Shown one piece after another: positions 35,881 to 45,061 of a stretch of 64,000 nucleotides of DNA (the first letter of the stretch is position 1; every line of letters starts with the position of its first letter). The notes under the pieces were generated by a model. The model saw only the letters and a list, made by a program, of their open reading frames with translations, ran no database searches and was not told where the DNA came from. The position numbers were made by a program, and so were the translations under genes. The stretch comes from Deltaproteobacteria bacterium (lineage in GTDB: Bacteria; Myxococcota_A; UBA9160; PR03), in the NCBI GenBank assembly GCA_031362725.1, contig JANLTC010000233.1, positions 12,308 to 76,307 of the forward strand, read 5' to 3'.

Positions 35881-36927
35881 TTACGGCCCGCTCTTCGCCT
35901 TCATGTCGGTAACGAGTTTGTCGACGTCGGCCGCCAGCGGACCGATGTCGCGGAACGTCGAGAGCTTCGGATTCCCGGGCGGGTAGCTCGCGGCGTTGGC
36001 GCGCTGCTCGGCGGAGAGCAGCTTGCGCGCCTCGACGTTGGGATTCGTATACGGGAACTCATCCGAGATCTTGCGGCTGACCTCCGGCCGCAGGATGTAG
36101 TCGATGAACTTGTGCGCGGCCTCGACGTGCTTCGCGCCCTTCGGAATGGCGAGGTTGTCGATGAACATGTGGGCGCCTTCCTTCGGCAGCACGTACGCGA
36201 AGTTCCCGGGCTGCTCCTTGATCAGGATCGCAGCCTCGCCCGACCACACCAGGCCGAGATCGACGTCGCCGTTCAGCAGCGGCGTCTTCGGGCTGTCCGA
36301 GTCGTAGACCTTCACGAGCGGAAGCCACCTGGCGAGGATCGGCCGCGTCTTCTCGATGCTCTCCTTCGTGACACCGTCCGGCCCGATCCCCTGCGTCGCG
36401 AGCGCCCACGTCACGACTTCGAGCGAGTCGTCGAGGATCACGATGCGGCCCTTGTACTTGTCCTGGAACACGTCGCCGTAGCCGGTCACGGGGTCTTTCA
36501 CCTTCTTGGTGTTCAACACGATGCCGACCGTTCCCTGCATGTAGGGCACGCTGTACTTGAGTTCCGGATCGTGCGGCTGGTCCCAGTACTCCTTCCCGAT
36601 GTTCTTCAGGTTCGGGAGCTTGGCGTGGTCGATCGGGAGCAGCTCTTTCTCCTTCACGAGCGCCTCGATCACGTATTCGGAGGGCTGGATCAGGTCGTAG
36701 CTCGCGGCGCCCGACATCAGCTTCGCGAGCATCTCTTCGTTGGACGCGTAGCTCTCGTAGTTGACCTGGATGCCGGTCTCCTTGGTGAAGCCGTCGAGCA
36801 CCGCCTGGGGCACGTACTCCGACCAGGCAAAGAGATTCAGCTCCTCCGCTGCGACCGCGACGAGCGGCGCCGCGAGACCCAACGCCAACGCGAAACCGAC
36901 GAGCATCCGAGTTGCCAAGCGAATCAT
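35881..36927 (-). CDS. potD: Spermidine/putrescine-type periplasmic substrate-binding protein
   Basis: GGGAGGAAG RBS. Signal MIRLATRMLVGFALALGLAAPLVAVA. LNLFAWSEYVP...YDLIQPSEY...VPYMQGTVGI is typical of PotD/PotF. Confidence 0.85.
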   Translation of the reverse strand: MIRLATRMLVGFALALGLAAPLVAVAAEELNLFAWSEYVPQAVLDGFTKETGIQVNYESYASNEEMLAKLMSGAASYDLIQPSEYVIEALVKEKELLPIDHAKLPNLKNIGKEYWDQPHDPELKYSVPYMQGTVGIVLNTKKVKDPVTGYGDVFQDKYKGRIVILDDSLEVVTWALATQGIGPDGVTKESIEKTRPILARWLPLVKVYDSDSPKTPLLNGDVDLGLVWSGEAAILIKEQPGNFAYVLPKEGAHMFIDNLAIPKGAKHVEAAHKFIDYILRPEVSRKISDEFPYTNPNVEARKLLSAEQRANAASYPPGNPKLSTFRDIGPLAADVDKLVTDMKAKSGP

Positions 36928-36944
36928 CGTTCTTCCTCCCGATT

Positions 36945-37718
36945 TCATGGATTGCGACGCCGCACCACTTCGGTGATCACCAACGCGAGCACGGTCACGA
37001 CGATGAACACCGTCGAGATCGCATTGAGCGACGGGTCGAGTCCCTTCTTCACGCGCCCGAAGATCTCGAGCGGCAGCGTCCGCGTGCCGGCGCTGGCGGT
37101 GAAGTAGGTGACGATCAACTCGTCGAGCGAAAGCGTGAACGACATCAGCCCGCCCGAAACGATCGCCGGCATCAGGTACGGCACCAGCACCTTGGTGAAG
37201 GCCTGCAGCGGCGTCGCGCCGAGATCGAGCGCCGCCTCCTCGAGGGCAGGGTCGAGACCCGCGAGGCGCGCCTGCACCGATGCCATCACGAACGGGAAGC
37301 AGAAGGTCACGTGCGAGATGACGATCGTGGTGTAGCCGAGCTGGACGCCGATCGTGACGAAGAGAATCAGCAGGCTCACGCCGAGGATCACCTCGGGGAC
37401 GATCATCGGCAGGAACGAGAGCGTCTCGAGCAGCGACGCGGCGCGGTAGCGGTAGCGATGCAGCAGCCATGCGCCCGCGGTGCCGAGCACCAGCGAGATC
37501 GCGGTCGTGAACACCGCGACGACCAGGCTGTTCTGGAGTGCTCGCACCAACACCGTGTCGTGCCAGAGCGAGCTGTACCACTCGAGCGTGAACCCGGTCC
37601 ACACGATGTTGAGCTTCGACTGGTTGAACGAGAACAGCACGAGCACGGCGATCGGCAGATAGAAGAAGAGCAGGATGAAGCCCATCCAAACGCCGAGCAG
37701 GCGCGTGACGAGTTTCAT
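36945..37718 (-). CDS. Polyamine-type ABC transporter permease (PotC/PotB family)
   Basis: LLFFYLPIAVLVLFSFN start and EAA loop LEEAALDLGATPLQAFTKVLVPYL. Confidence 0.85.
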   Translation of the reverse strand: MKLVTRLLGVWMGFILLFFYLPIAVLVLFSFNQSKLNIVWTGFTLEWYSSLWHDTVLVRALQNSLVVAVFTTAISLVLGTAGAWLLHRYRYRAASLLETLSFLPMIVPEVILGVSLLILFVTIGVQLGYTTIVISHVTFCFPFVMASVQARLAGLDPALEEAALDLGATPLQAFTKVLVPYLMPAIVSGGLMSFTLSLDELIVTYFTASAGTRTLPLEIFGRVKKGLDPSLNAISTVFIVVTVLALVITEVVRRRNP

Positions 37719-37745
37719 CGCCGCCGCTCCGCGCCGTCGCAGCGA

Positions 37746-38666
37746 CTAGCCGTATACGCTCTGTGCCGCATCGAATGTCCCCACGTGCACGGCGACCACC
37801 TTCGAGACGTCGGGCGTGTAGCCACCCGCGAGCACCCACGCGATCGGCAGCCCCTGCTTGCGCGCCCAGGCGAAGACGAAGCGATCGCGCTCGCGCAGAT
37901 CGTCGTGATCGAGGTCGAGCGGCGAGTACGGATCCTCGCGATACGGGTCGGCGCCGGCCTGATAGAGCACGAGATCCGGCCGGCCGGCGGCGAGCAGTGC
38001 CGCGGTGCCGCGCTCGAGCGCGTCGAGCAGCACCGCAGCGCCGCTGCCGTTCGGCAGCGCGAACGACAAGTGATTCGCCGCGTCCGTGTGTCGCAGCGTC
38101 TCGACGTCGCGGTACGTCTTGTTCTCGCAGTAGTCGTTGCCGTAGATCGAGCAGTTGGTGAACCACGGCCGGCTCGCGCACAAGGACGCCGTGCCGTTGC
38201 CGTAGTGCAGGTCGAGGTCGAGAACCGCGACGCGCGCGATGCGGCCCGCCGCGCGCAGCGCTTCGGCGGCGACGACGAGCCCGTTGAAGGTGCAGAAGCC
38301 TTCGCCGTGATCGGCGTGTGCGTGGTGGAAGCCGCTCGCGAGCGCGGCGGCGATGCCGTCGTCGAGCGCGCGCGTCGCCGCGGCGAGCGCGCCGCCATTG
38401 GTCAGCAGCACCGACGGCCACAGCGCCGGCGACCACGGGAACTTCTGCGATTCGGCGAGCGCGCGCGGCTCACCGCTGCGCACCGCGTCGACGTACGCGG
38501 CGGTGTGGACGCGCAGCAGGTCGGCCGGCGCGATCGGCGGCGGCGCCTCGACCGCGACGCCAGCGCGGCCCGCGAGCGCGTCGGCCACCAGCTGGAACTT
38601 TCGCATCGGCATCACGTGATCGCCGAGCGGCGCGGCGAAGCCTGGGTGGTGAAAGGCCGTGATCAC
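37746..38666 (-). CDS. Histone deacetylase-family (acetylpolyamine amidohydrolase-like) deacetylase
   Basis: GFHHAHADHGEGFCTFNG and VLDLDLHYGNGT metal/catalytic motifs. The GTG start overlaps the upstream stop (GTGA). Confidence 0.85.
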   Translation of the reverse strand: MITAFHHPGFAAPLGDHVMPMRKFQLVADALAGRAGVAVEAPPPIAPADLLRVHTAAYVDAVRSGEPRALAESQKFPWSPALWPSVLLTNGGALAAATRALDDGIAAALASGFHHAHADHGEGFCTFNGLVVAAEALRAAGRIARVAVLDLDLHYGNGTASLCASRPWFTNCSIYGNDYCENKTYRDVETLRHTDAANHLSFALPNGSGAAVLLDALERGTAALLAAGRPDLVLYQAGADPYREDPYSPLDLDHDDLRERDRFVFAWARKQGLPIAWVLAGGYTPDVSKVVAVHVGTFDAAQSVYG

Positions 38667-39592
38667 GCCGTGGGAGGTAGCAGCCCGAAGGGTGCCGGGC
38701 GACCCGTCCACTCCGCCGCCGCCGCCCGCAACGGCAGCAGCGCTGCGGCCGGAACGTGCACCCCGTACACCGCGTAGATCGAATCGATCACCGCGCGGAG
38801 TTCCGCAGCTGGCATCGTGGCCTCCGACTCGCGACCGACCCGCCGCACGACGAGCCCCAATGGGACCGGCCGCGGCGCATCCCCTGCGAGCAGCTCGGGC
38901 GGCCGAAAGTCCGGCTGTGCGTAGGGCGCCGCCGCGGGATCGACCAGAAGGAAGCCGGCGCGCTCGTACGAGCGCAGCCGCGCCATCCGAGCCTCGTGGC
39001 CGGCTGGCCCGGGCGCCTCGGGCTGCCCCGGCACAGCGACGTCACGCATTTCCATCTCCGCGACCAGCACGATGGACTCGTCCGGCGCGCAGCCGGCCGC
39101 GCGTGCGCAGCGTCGCGCCGTCTGCAGCGGCAACGCGCGCAGCCACGCGACGAGGCCGGTGCCGCGGTGCGCCGGCTCGACGAGCGCGTGCGAGAGGTGT
39201 ACGACGATCGGACCCGCCAGCGGCTTGCCGTCCGCAGCGACGCGCACGACCGCCGTGTGGTCGCGCAGCGCCGCGATGGCGCCGCCACGTCGCAGCACCA
39301 ACAACTCGTAGGCGAGCGCCGCGCCGCCGACGGGCTGCGCGGGATCCCACGTGAGCCGGTCGCGGATCACGGCGCTGCGCTCCATCTCTCCGAGCGCGCC
39401 GAACTCCGACCACAGCCGTTGGTAGGCCGCGTCGAAGTCGACGTCCGCCGGATCGCGCACGCGACGCACCTGCAAGTCGCTCCAATCGAGCGCCCCCGCG
39501 TTCCGGTCGCCCGGCGCGAGATCCTCGGTGAGCAGTGCGGCATCCACGGCCTGCGTTCCTAGCAATCCGCGGCGAGGGGTGCCCGCTGGCAT
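38663..39592 (-). CDS. GNAT-fold acetyltransferase-like protein
   Basis: Acetyl-CoA-loop-like VEPAHRGTGLVAWLRAL. Start set at ATG 39592 so that it does not overlap the divergent aminotransferase. The ORF-track start is 39673. Confidence 0.55.
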   Translation of the reverse strand: MPAGTPRRGLLGTQAVDAALLTEDLAPGDRNAGALDWSDLQVRRVRDPADVDFDAAYQRLWSEFGALGEMERSAVIRDRLTWDPAQPVGGAALAYELLVLRRGGAIAALRDHTAVVRVAADGKPLAGPIVVHLSHALVEPAHRGTGLVAWLRALPLQTARRCARAAGCAPDESIVLVAEMEMRDVAVPGQPEAPGPAGHEARMARLRSYERAGFLLVDPAAAPYAQPDFRPPELLAGDAPRPVPLGLVVRRVGRESEATMPAAELRAVIDSIYAVYGVHVPAAALLPLRAAAAEWTGRPAPFGLLPPTA

Positions 39593-39622
39593 CTCGCCGA
39601 GGGCCGTGCTGTAGTCGCGTCC

Positions 39623-40960
39623 ATGGGCCAATTCGATCTCAGCACGCTGCGCCGCCTCGACACGGCGCACCACCTACACCCGTTCACCGACCACCGCGCG
39701 ATGCACCAGGGCGGCACCCACGTGATCCGCTCGGCGAAGGGCTCGACGATCGTCGACGAGGACGGCCGCGAACTGCTCGACGGACTCGCCGGTCTCTGGT
39801 GCGTCAACGTCGGCTACGGGCGCGAGGAGATTGCAAGCGCGGTGGCCGAGCAGATGCGCGCGGTCGCGTTCTATCCGTCGTTCTTCAATACCACCACCGA
39901 GCCGGCGATCCGGCTCGCGGCGAAGCTCGCCGAGCACGCGCCGCCCAGTATTGAGCACACGATCTTCTCCAACTCGGGCTCGGAGGCGAACGAGACGGCG
40001 CTGAAGTTGATCCGCGCGTACTGGAAACTGCGCGGCAAGCGCGAGAAGACGAAGGTGCTGTCACGCACCTTCGCGTATCACGGCGTGACGCTCGCGACGA
40101 CGAGCCTCACGGGCCTGCCGTCCTGCACCGATCCCTTCGACCTGCCGCTTCCCGGTTTCGTGTACGTGCCGGGTCCCTACTCGTACGGCAGTGGCAAGAG
40201 TCCCGAGGAATACGGCGCGTGGTGTATCGCCGAGACCGAGAAGACGATCGAGCGCGAGGGCGCGCACACGATCGGCGCGATCTTCGTCGAACCGGTGCAA
40301 GGCGCCGGCGGCGTCGTCGTGCCGCCGCCCGGCTACCTGAGCGCGCTGCGCGAGCTGTGTCGCCAGAACGAGATCCTCTTCGTCGCCGACGAGGTGATCA
40401 CCGGCTTCGGGCGGCTCGGCGCGTGGTTCGCGTCCGTCCTTTGGGATCTCGAACCCGATCTGCTGACCACCGCGAAGGGCATCACCAGCGGCTACCTGCC
40501 ACTCGGCGCCACCATGGTGAGTCGGGAGATCGCCGCGACCTTCGAGTCGAGCGGCTATCTCGCGCACGGCTTCACCTACACGGGCCACCCGACCACGTGC
40601 GCCGCGGCGCTCGCGAACCTCGCCATCATCGAGCGCGAGAAACTGGTCGAGCGCGTGCGCGACGACATCGGCCCGCGCTTCCAGGCGGCGCTCGGCAAGC
40701 TCGCGGGTCACCCGCTCGTCGCCGAAGTGCGCGGCTTCGGGATGATCGGAGCGCTCGAAGTGCGCGCACCGAAGAGCGGTCCCAACGCGAACGCCGCCCC
40801 GAACACGCTCGGCGTCGCCGTGCACGGGCTCGCGCGCGAGGAGGGCGTGATCGTGCGCGGCATCCGCGATCTGGTGGCGATGTCGCCGCCGCTCGTCGTG
40901 ACGCACGACGAACTCGACCGGATGTTCGCGGGGCTCACGCGCGCGCTCGACCGGCTGTAG
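39623..40960 (+). CDS. Class-III (omega) aminotransferase, putrescine/beta-alanine-pyruvate type
   Basis: LWCVNVGYGR, SNSGSEANE, DEVITGFGRLG, and the PLP-Lys context LTTAKGITSGYLPLG. Confidence 0.9.
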   Translation: MGQFDLSTLRRLDTAHHLHPFTDHRAMHQGGTHVIRSAKGSTIVDEDGRELLDGLAGLWCVNVGYGREEIASAVAEQMRAVAFYPSFFNTTTEPAIRLAAKLAEHAPPSIEHTIFSNSGSEANETALKLIRAYWKLRGKREKTKVLSRTFAYHGVTLATTSLTGLPSCTDPFDLPLPGFVYVPGPYSYGSGKSPEEYGAWCIAETEKTIEREGAHTIGAIFVEPVQGAGGVVVPPPGYLSALRELCRQNEILFVADEVITGFGRLGAWFASVLWDLEPDLLTTAKGITSGYLPLGATMVSREIAATFESSGYLAHGFTYTGHPTTCAAALANLAIIEREKLVERVRDDIGPRFQAALGKLAGHPLVAEVRGFGMIGALEVRAPKSGPNANAAPNTLGVAVHGLAREEGVIVRGIRDLVAMSPPLVVTHDELDRMFAGLTRALDRL

Positions 40961-40970
40961 CGCGGGGTTC

Positions 40971-40998
40971 GTGCCGGGTTTTCCGGAAACTCCGGCAC
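40971..40998 (+). terminator. Strong hairpin 11 nt after the aminotransferase stop
   Basis: GTGCCGG GTTT tccgg AAAC(t) CCGGCAC gives 7+4 bp with a one-nucleotide bulge. No U-tract follows. Confidence 0.4.
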
Positions 40999-41140
40999 GT
41001 GAGTCCGACCCCCGGTGGCGGCACCGCCATGCTTTCGTCGTAGCTGTACTCGGCTGTCCGCTGCGCTGGAAGGGCATCGAACGGCGCGCGCCGAGCAGAA
41101 GCAGTTCAGGCGGACTTGGTCGGAGAATGAGACTTGTGAC

Positions 41141-41169
41141 GACTCCCGGCTGAGCCGGAGAGCCAACGG
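41141..41169 (+). repeat. Half copy (3' part) of the ~85-nt element
   Basis: GACTCCCGGCTGAGCCGGAGAGCCAACGG matches the 3' third of the full copies. Confidence 0.7.
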
Positions 41170-41172
41170 GGT

Positions 41173-41480
41173 TCAGAGGCTGGAGCCGGCGTCCAAGATC
41201 ATCGCCTGAAGGGACTCGAAGTATCTGCTGTGAGTCTTCTCGAGGTCGTCGAGCGAGGCTGCGGAAGGCAATACGACCTCGGCTTCAGACCGATCTGTGT
41301 ACTCGATCTCCAGTCGAGATCGACGTCGAAGGGCGTCGGGTCGTAGTCGAGTCGGAGCTTCTCGAGAGCCTCCAAGTCTTCGACTGACGGCTGCGTCGAC
41401 TTGCGAAGTCGCTCGCCGGGGCGATCGATCTGGCTCCTGGTGAAGGACCGCGGCACGGTCGCAAGGTAACGGCGAAGCGC
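41173..41480 (-). pseudogene. Frameshifted remnant of an unidentified small gene
   Basis: Two adjacent frames both show a coding-like G/C third-position bias: ...SVEDLEALEKLRLDYDPTPFDVDLDW, then EIEYTDRSEAEVVLPSAASLDDLEKTHSRYFESLQAMILDAGSSL*. There is no start codon. The stretch is visibly more AT-rich than its surroundings. Confidence 0.35.
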
Positions 41481-41606
41481 CGATGGAGTCAGGCGAGACC
41501 GCGCGCCGCGTTCGCCGTCGCCGAGCAGTGCAGGCGAGCAAGGCGCCGGCCAGAGAATCCACGGCAGCAAGAGCGTCACGGCGCTGTGGAGGTACCCTGC
41601 GCGTCG

Positions 41607-42854
41607 ATGCCGATCGCCAAATCCTCGACGAATCCGTACGAGAACCCGGCGCTGATGCGCTGGCTCGATTCCTACGAAGGCGTGCCGGAGTGGACCGATC
41701 CCGCGGAGACGCCCGCCGAGCGCGCCGCGCGATCGCCGTTCGGCGAACGCGTCTACGAGCTCTTCACGCTCGCCGGCGTGACACTGCCCGGGCTCGCGCT
41801 GCTGGCCGCGCTGGCGGCCGTCGCAACGAGCGGCGCACGCGTGCTCGGCGTGTCGCTGCTCGGTTTCGAGCGCTCGCCGGTGAGCCCGATCCTGGTCGCG
41901 ATCCTGCTCGGGCTCGCGATCCGCAACACGATCGGGATGCCGGCCGTCTACGAAGCCGGCGTGCGACTCGGCTTGAAGCGCATCTTGCGCGCGGGCGTCG
42001 CGCTGCTCGGGCTGCAACTGAGTCTCTCGGCGGCAGGCGCGATCGGGCTCATCGCGCTGCCGATCGTCGCGGGCTGCATCGTCTCGGCACTCGCGCTGGC
42101 CGGGTTCGTCGGCCGCCGCTTCGGATTGCCGCCGCGTCTCGCGACGCTGATCGCCGTCGGCACCGCGATCTGCGGCAACACGGCAATCGTCGCAACCGCG
42201 CCCGTGATCGGAGCCGACGACGACGAGACCAGTTACGCAGTCGGCTGCATCACCGTCTTCGGATTGCTCGCGCTGCTCGGCTACCCGTTCCTGTCGCACG
42301 CGCTGTTTGCAGGCGACGCGACGAAGGCGGGCCTCTTCCTCGGCACCGCGATCCACGACACGGCGCAGGTCGCCGGCGCCGGCCTGCTCTATCTCCAGCA
42401 ATACGGCGACGCGACGGCGCTCGAGACGGCGACCGTCACCAAGCTGGTGCGCAATCTGTGCATGCTCGTCGTGATTCCCGGCATCGCGCTGCAGCACCGG
42501 CGCCGGCACGGCGCTGCGAACCGCACGCGCGCCGACTGGCGTCAGGCCGTGCCCGGCTTCGTGTTCGCGTTCGTCGCGCTGACGGCGCTACGCACGGTAG
42601 GCGATCTCGGCGATCGCCCGTTCGGCCTGCTCGCGCCGGAGACCTGGCGCGCCTGTCTCGACTGGGCGAGCTGGCTCTCCGCCGCTTGCCTCACGGTCGC
42701 GATGGCGTCGGTGGGACTCGGCACCAGCCTCGCGCGACTGCGCAGTCTCGGGTTGCGCCCGCTCGCAGCGGGACTCGCGATCGCGCTGCTGGTCGGTGCG
42801 GTCAGCTACGCGCTGATCCGCGTGATCGCGCCGGCCGCGCAGCATCTGCTGTAG
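41607..42854 (+). CDS. YeiH/UPF0324 family putative sulfate-exporter-type membrane protein
   Basis: About 10 transmembrane helices with SPILVAILLGLAIRNT and GTAICGNTAIVATAPVIGA motifs. Start at ATG 41607, or GTG 41586. Confidence 0.8.
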   Translation: MPIAKSSTNPYENPALMRWLDSYEGVPEWTDPAETPAERAARSPFGERVYELFTLAGVTLPGLALLAALAAVATSGARVLGVSLLGFERSPVSPILVAILLGLAIRNTIGMPAVYEAGVRLGLKRILRAGVALLGLQLSLSAAGAIGLIALPIVAGCIVSALALAGFVGRRFGLPPRLATLIAVGTAICGNTAIVATAPVIGADDDETSYAVGCITVFGLLALLGYPFLSHALFAGDATKAGLFLGTAIHDTAQVAGAGLLYLQQYGDATALETATVTKLVRNLCMLVVIPGIALQHRRRHGAANRTRADWRQAVPGFVFAFVALTALRTVGDLGDRPFGLLAPETWRACLDWASWLSAACLTVAMASVGLGTSLARLRSLGLRPLAAGLAIALLVGAVSYALIRVIAPAAQHLL

Positions 42855-42859
42855 CGAAC

Positions 42860-42940
42860 GCGGCGCCGGCGTCGGAGCAGGCAGATGGTGCCGGCCGCAA
42901 TCGATAGGCAGAGGCCCGTCGTCGGCTCGGGCACGACGGC
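42860..42940 (-). pseudogene. Orphan PEP-CTERM sorting-signal remnant
   Basis: VVPEPTTGLCLSIAAGTICLLRRRRR on the minus strand. The body of the gene would lie where the IS256 remnant now sits. Confidence 0.4.
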
Positions 42941-43017
42941 CGGTAGTGCAACGTCCTTTCTGCAAAAGGCGCCGGATCGCGGCGTAGAGTTGAGATGGCG
43001 GGCCAAGCCCGCTCTCC

Positions 43018-43790
43018 TTGTGGGTGACGAGCATGGACGTGTCGCGCGCCGCGGCGGAGCTCGACGCGCGCTACGAGAAGGTCCGCCATGCCGGCTCGGT
43101 GATCAGCTGCGCCGTGCTCGTGGCGATGGGCGTACGCGAAGAGGACGGCAAGCGCATGCTGCTCGGCGTCTCGGTGTCGCTCTCCGAGGCCGAAGTACAC
43201 TGGCGCGCGTTCCTCGAAGGGCTTGGCAAGCGCGGGCTCGAAGTGACGAAGCCCGTCACGAGCGACGATCACGCGGGGCTACGCGCTGCGCGACGCGCCG
43301 TCTTCCCGAACCTGCCTTGGCAGCGCTGCCAGTTCCATCTGCAGCAGAACGCACAGCACTACGTTCCAAACATCGCGCTGCGCCCGCAGGTCGCACGAGA
43401 TCTGCGCTCCGTGTCCAACACAACCGAGCGCGGCGAAGCGGACGAGCGACTCGCCAAGTTCATCAAGAAGTACGGCGCTCCGCACCGAAGCTCGCGGAGT
43501 GGATGGAGACGAACGTGCCCGACGGCTTCGCCGTCTTCGCGTTGCCCGAGCCGCATCGCCGACGCCTACGCACGACCAACGCAATCGAACGGCTCAACCG
43601 CGAACTGCATCGACGTACACGCGTTGCGACGCTGTTCCCGAACGAGGCCTCGCTCCTCGGCCTGGTCTCGGCGATCGCCGCCGAGATCAGCGAGGACTTG
43701 GAAACGGGACGCATCTACTGGAACCCGGAGAGCGAGTGAGGACGCCAGCTCAACCGCTCTTACAAAAGTAGAGTTGCTTAGTCGTCAGCG
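43018..43790 (+). mobile_element. IS256-family transposase remnant (5' truncated, frameshifted)
   Basis: LDARYEKVRHAGSVISCAVLVAMGVREEDGKRMLLGVSVSLSEAEVHWRAFLEGL...WQRCQFHLQQN. After a frameshift near 43478-43485 it continues APKLAEWMETNVPDGF...LRTTNAIERLNRELHRRTRVATLFPNE. The first ~130 aa are missing. The ~50 nt after the stop may include the IS end. Confidence 0.85.
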
Positions 43791-44052
43791 CGCCCTCTAC
43801 CATTGTCATAGATATCTTGTTTGACAACACTAGCCGCGCCCTGGGCCAGCCGTAAATTGAGGACAGGGAGCTTAGTTCACGGAGGAGCCAAGTGGATTCA
43901 TCAAAGCCGGCCCAGCCGACGGGCGCACCCGAAGCAAGCGCCGCGGAAGCCAAACTTCGGACCGAGGAACGCCTCGTTCAAAGCACACCAAAGGGTTACA
44001 TCCGGGTGGTGAAACCGCCGGATGGTAAGACGGACTAGGACGGGAGGAGAAA

Positions 44053-44547
44053 ATGGCGCTTTTTTTCCAAAACGCGATGGGTACACCGGTATGGGTCGCC
44101 TTTGCCTATTACGACCCGCTTTGTGGGCCTGCGAATCAGAACTTCCGCAAGCAGGGGTGGTGGCGACTTGAGCCCTACCACACGTTTACGGGCTCGCCAT
44201 TGTTTAACGCCTGGGATGTCGATCTCCGGACGATCAACAGATTTGCCTATTTTTACGCAGAGACCGACGGCAATCGCTCCAATTGGAGCGGCAGTGGCAA
44301 CGGTTGGCTCAGTGTGAATCCAGCGGCGACATTCGACCAATGCGCGTTTGAGGACACAGGCAATAGTCAGTGGGTGAATTTCAATGAGATAGACTTTACG
44401 TGGATCAAGGACTTCACGCGGGCTGACCCATTCTGGGATATGGTGGTGTTACTATGGCACTGGGAAGGAAGAAACAGGATCGGGTATACACAGCAGATGA
44501 GAAAGCCTAATGGTGAGATCGTGCAATCCGGCATAGGACCAGGATGA
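44053..44547 (+). CDS. DUF1036-like protein in an AT-rich islet
   Basis: GGGAGGAG RBS. VWVAFAYYD...QGWWRLEPYH...FAYFYAE...W.G resembles the DUF1036 pattern (recalled). The local composition is clearly more AT-rich than the flanks. Confidence 0.6.
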   Translation: MALFFQNAMGTPVWVAFAYYDPLCGPANQNFRKQGWWRLEPYHTFTGSPLFNAWDVDLRTINRFAYFYAETDGNRSNWSGSGNGWLSVNPAATFDQCAFEDTGNSQWVNFNEIDFTWIKDFTRADPFWDMVVLLWHWEGRNRIGYTQQMRKPNGEIVQSGIGPG

Positions 44548-44731
44548 GCGATGGTCTCGATAGAGCCCTCCCCGAATCCGATACGACACCGGCTCGTGTG
44601 GAGGACGATCCCACCTGTGCAGCGATCTCGGAGAAACCGGACTGCGCCTCGATCGAGATCCTCGGTTCACTGCGCGAGCTGCTCGCGACTCCGCCGGCAA
44701 TCCCGCTCACGCACACGCCAACACACCGCCC

Positions 44732-44988
44732 AAGCCTGACGCCGCCAGGGCGAGGCGGCTCGCGTTGGCAGAGCTGATGAAGCGCGTCTCGCCATCGACG
44801 TACTCGAGTGTCCGCGCTGCCGCGGACGGATGCGCATCCTCGCGGCGGTCCACCCGCCCGACACCACGTCGGCCATCCTCGCCTGCATGGTCCTCGCGGT
44901 GCGCGCCCCACCGCTTGCACCGGCGCGCCGTGACGACGGCTTCGACGACGAAGCGGCCGACCAATCTCCCGCCGACCTCGAAGCATAG
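44732..44988 (+). mobile_element. IS91-family (Y2/HUH rolling-circle) transposase C-terminal remnant
   Basis: ...RRLALAELMKRV, a frameshift near 44785, then LAIDVLECPRCRGRMRILAAVHPPDTTSAILA...PPLAPARRDD...*. This matches the WAELLxRVFxIDVLxCPxCGGxMR tail of IS91-type transposases. The stop TAG lies inside the ~85-nt element. Confidence 0.65.
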
Positions 44989-45061
44989 TAAGTACAAGCG
45001 GGACTTTGTTGTCCGATAAAGAGATCTATGGCAATTGCTGGCTGAGCGCGAGAGCCAACGG
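44977..45061 (+). repeat. Full copy of the ~85-nt element (subtype 1)
   Basis: CTCGAAGCATAGTAAGTACAAGCGGGACTTTGTTGTCCGATAAAGAGATCTATGGCAATTGCTGGCTGAGCGCGAGAGCCAACGG. Confidence 0.9.

Noticed and set aside
36912-38777. 621-aa plus-strand ORF across the permease/HDAC region
   Set aside because: It is antisense to a PotC-type permease and an HDAC-family gene that both have clear motifs. Its translation is an Arg/Glu/Asp-rich string without domains.
45040-45061. Hammerhead-like ribozyme core in CTGAGCGCGAGAGCC
   Set aside because: The CUGA-like string is not accompanied by the GAAA and UH elements or the three-stem layout. The GGCT/AGCC stem is broken in copy 54962 (GGACT). The CATAG/CTATG pairing holds in only two of four copies, so no consistent structure is supported.
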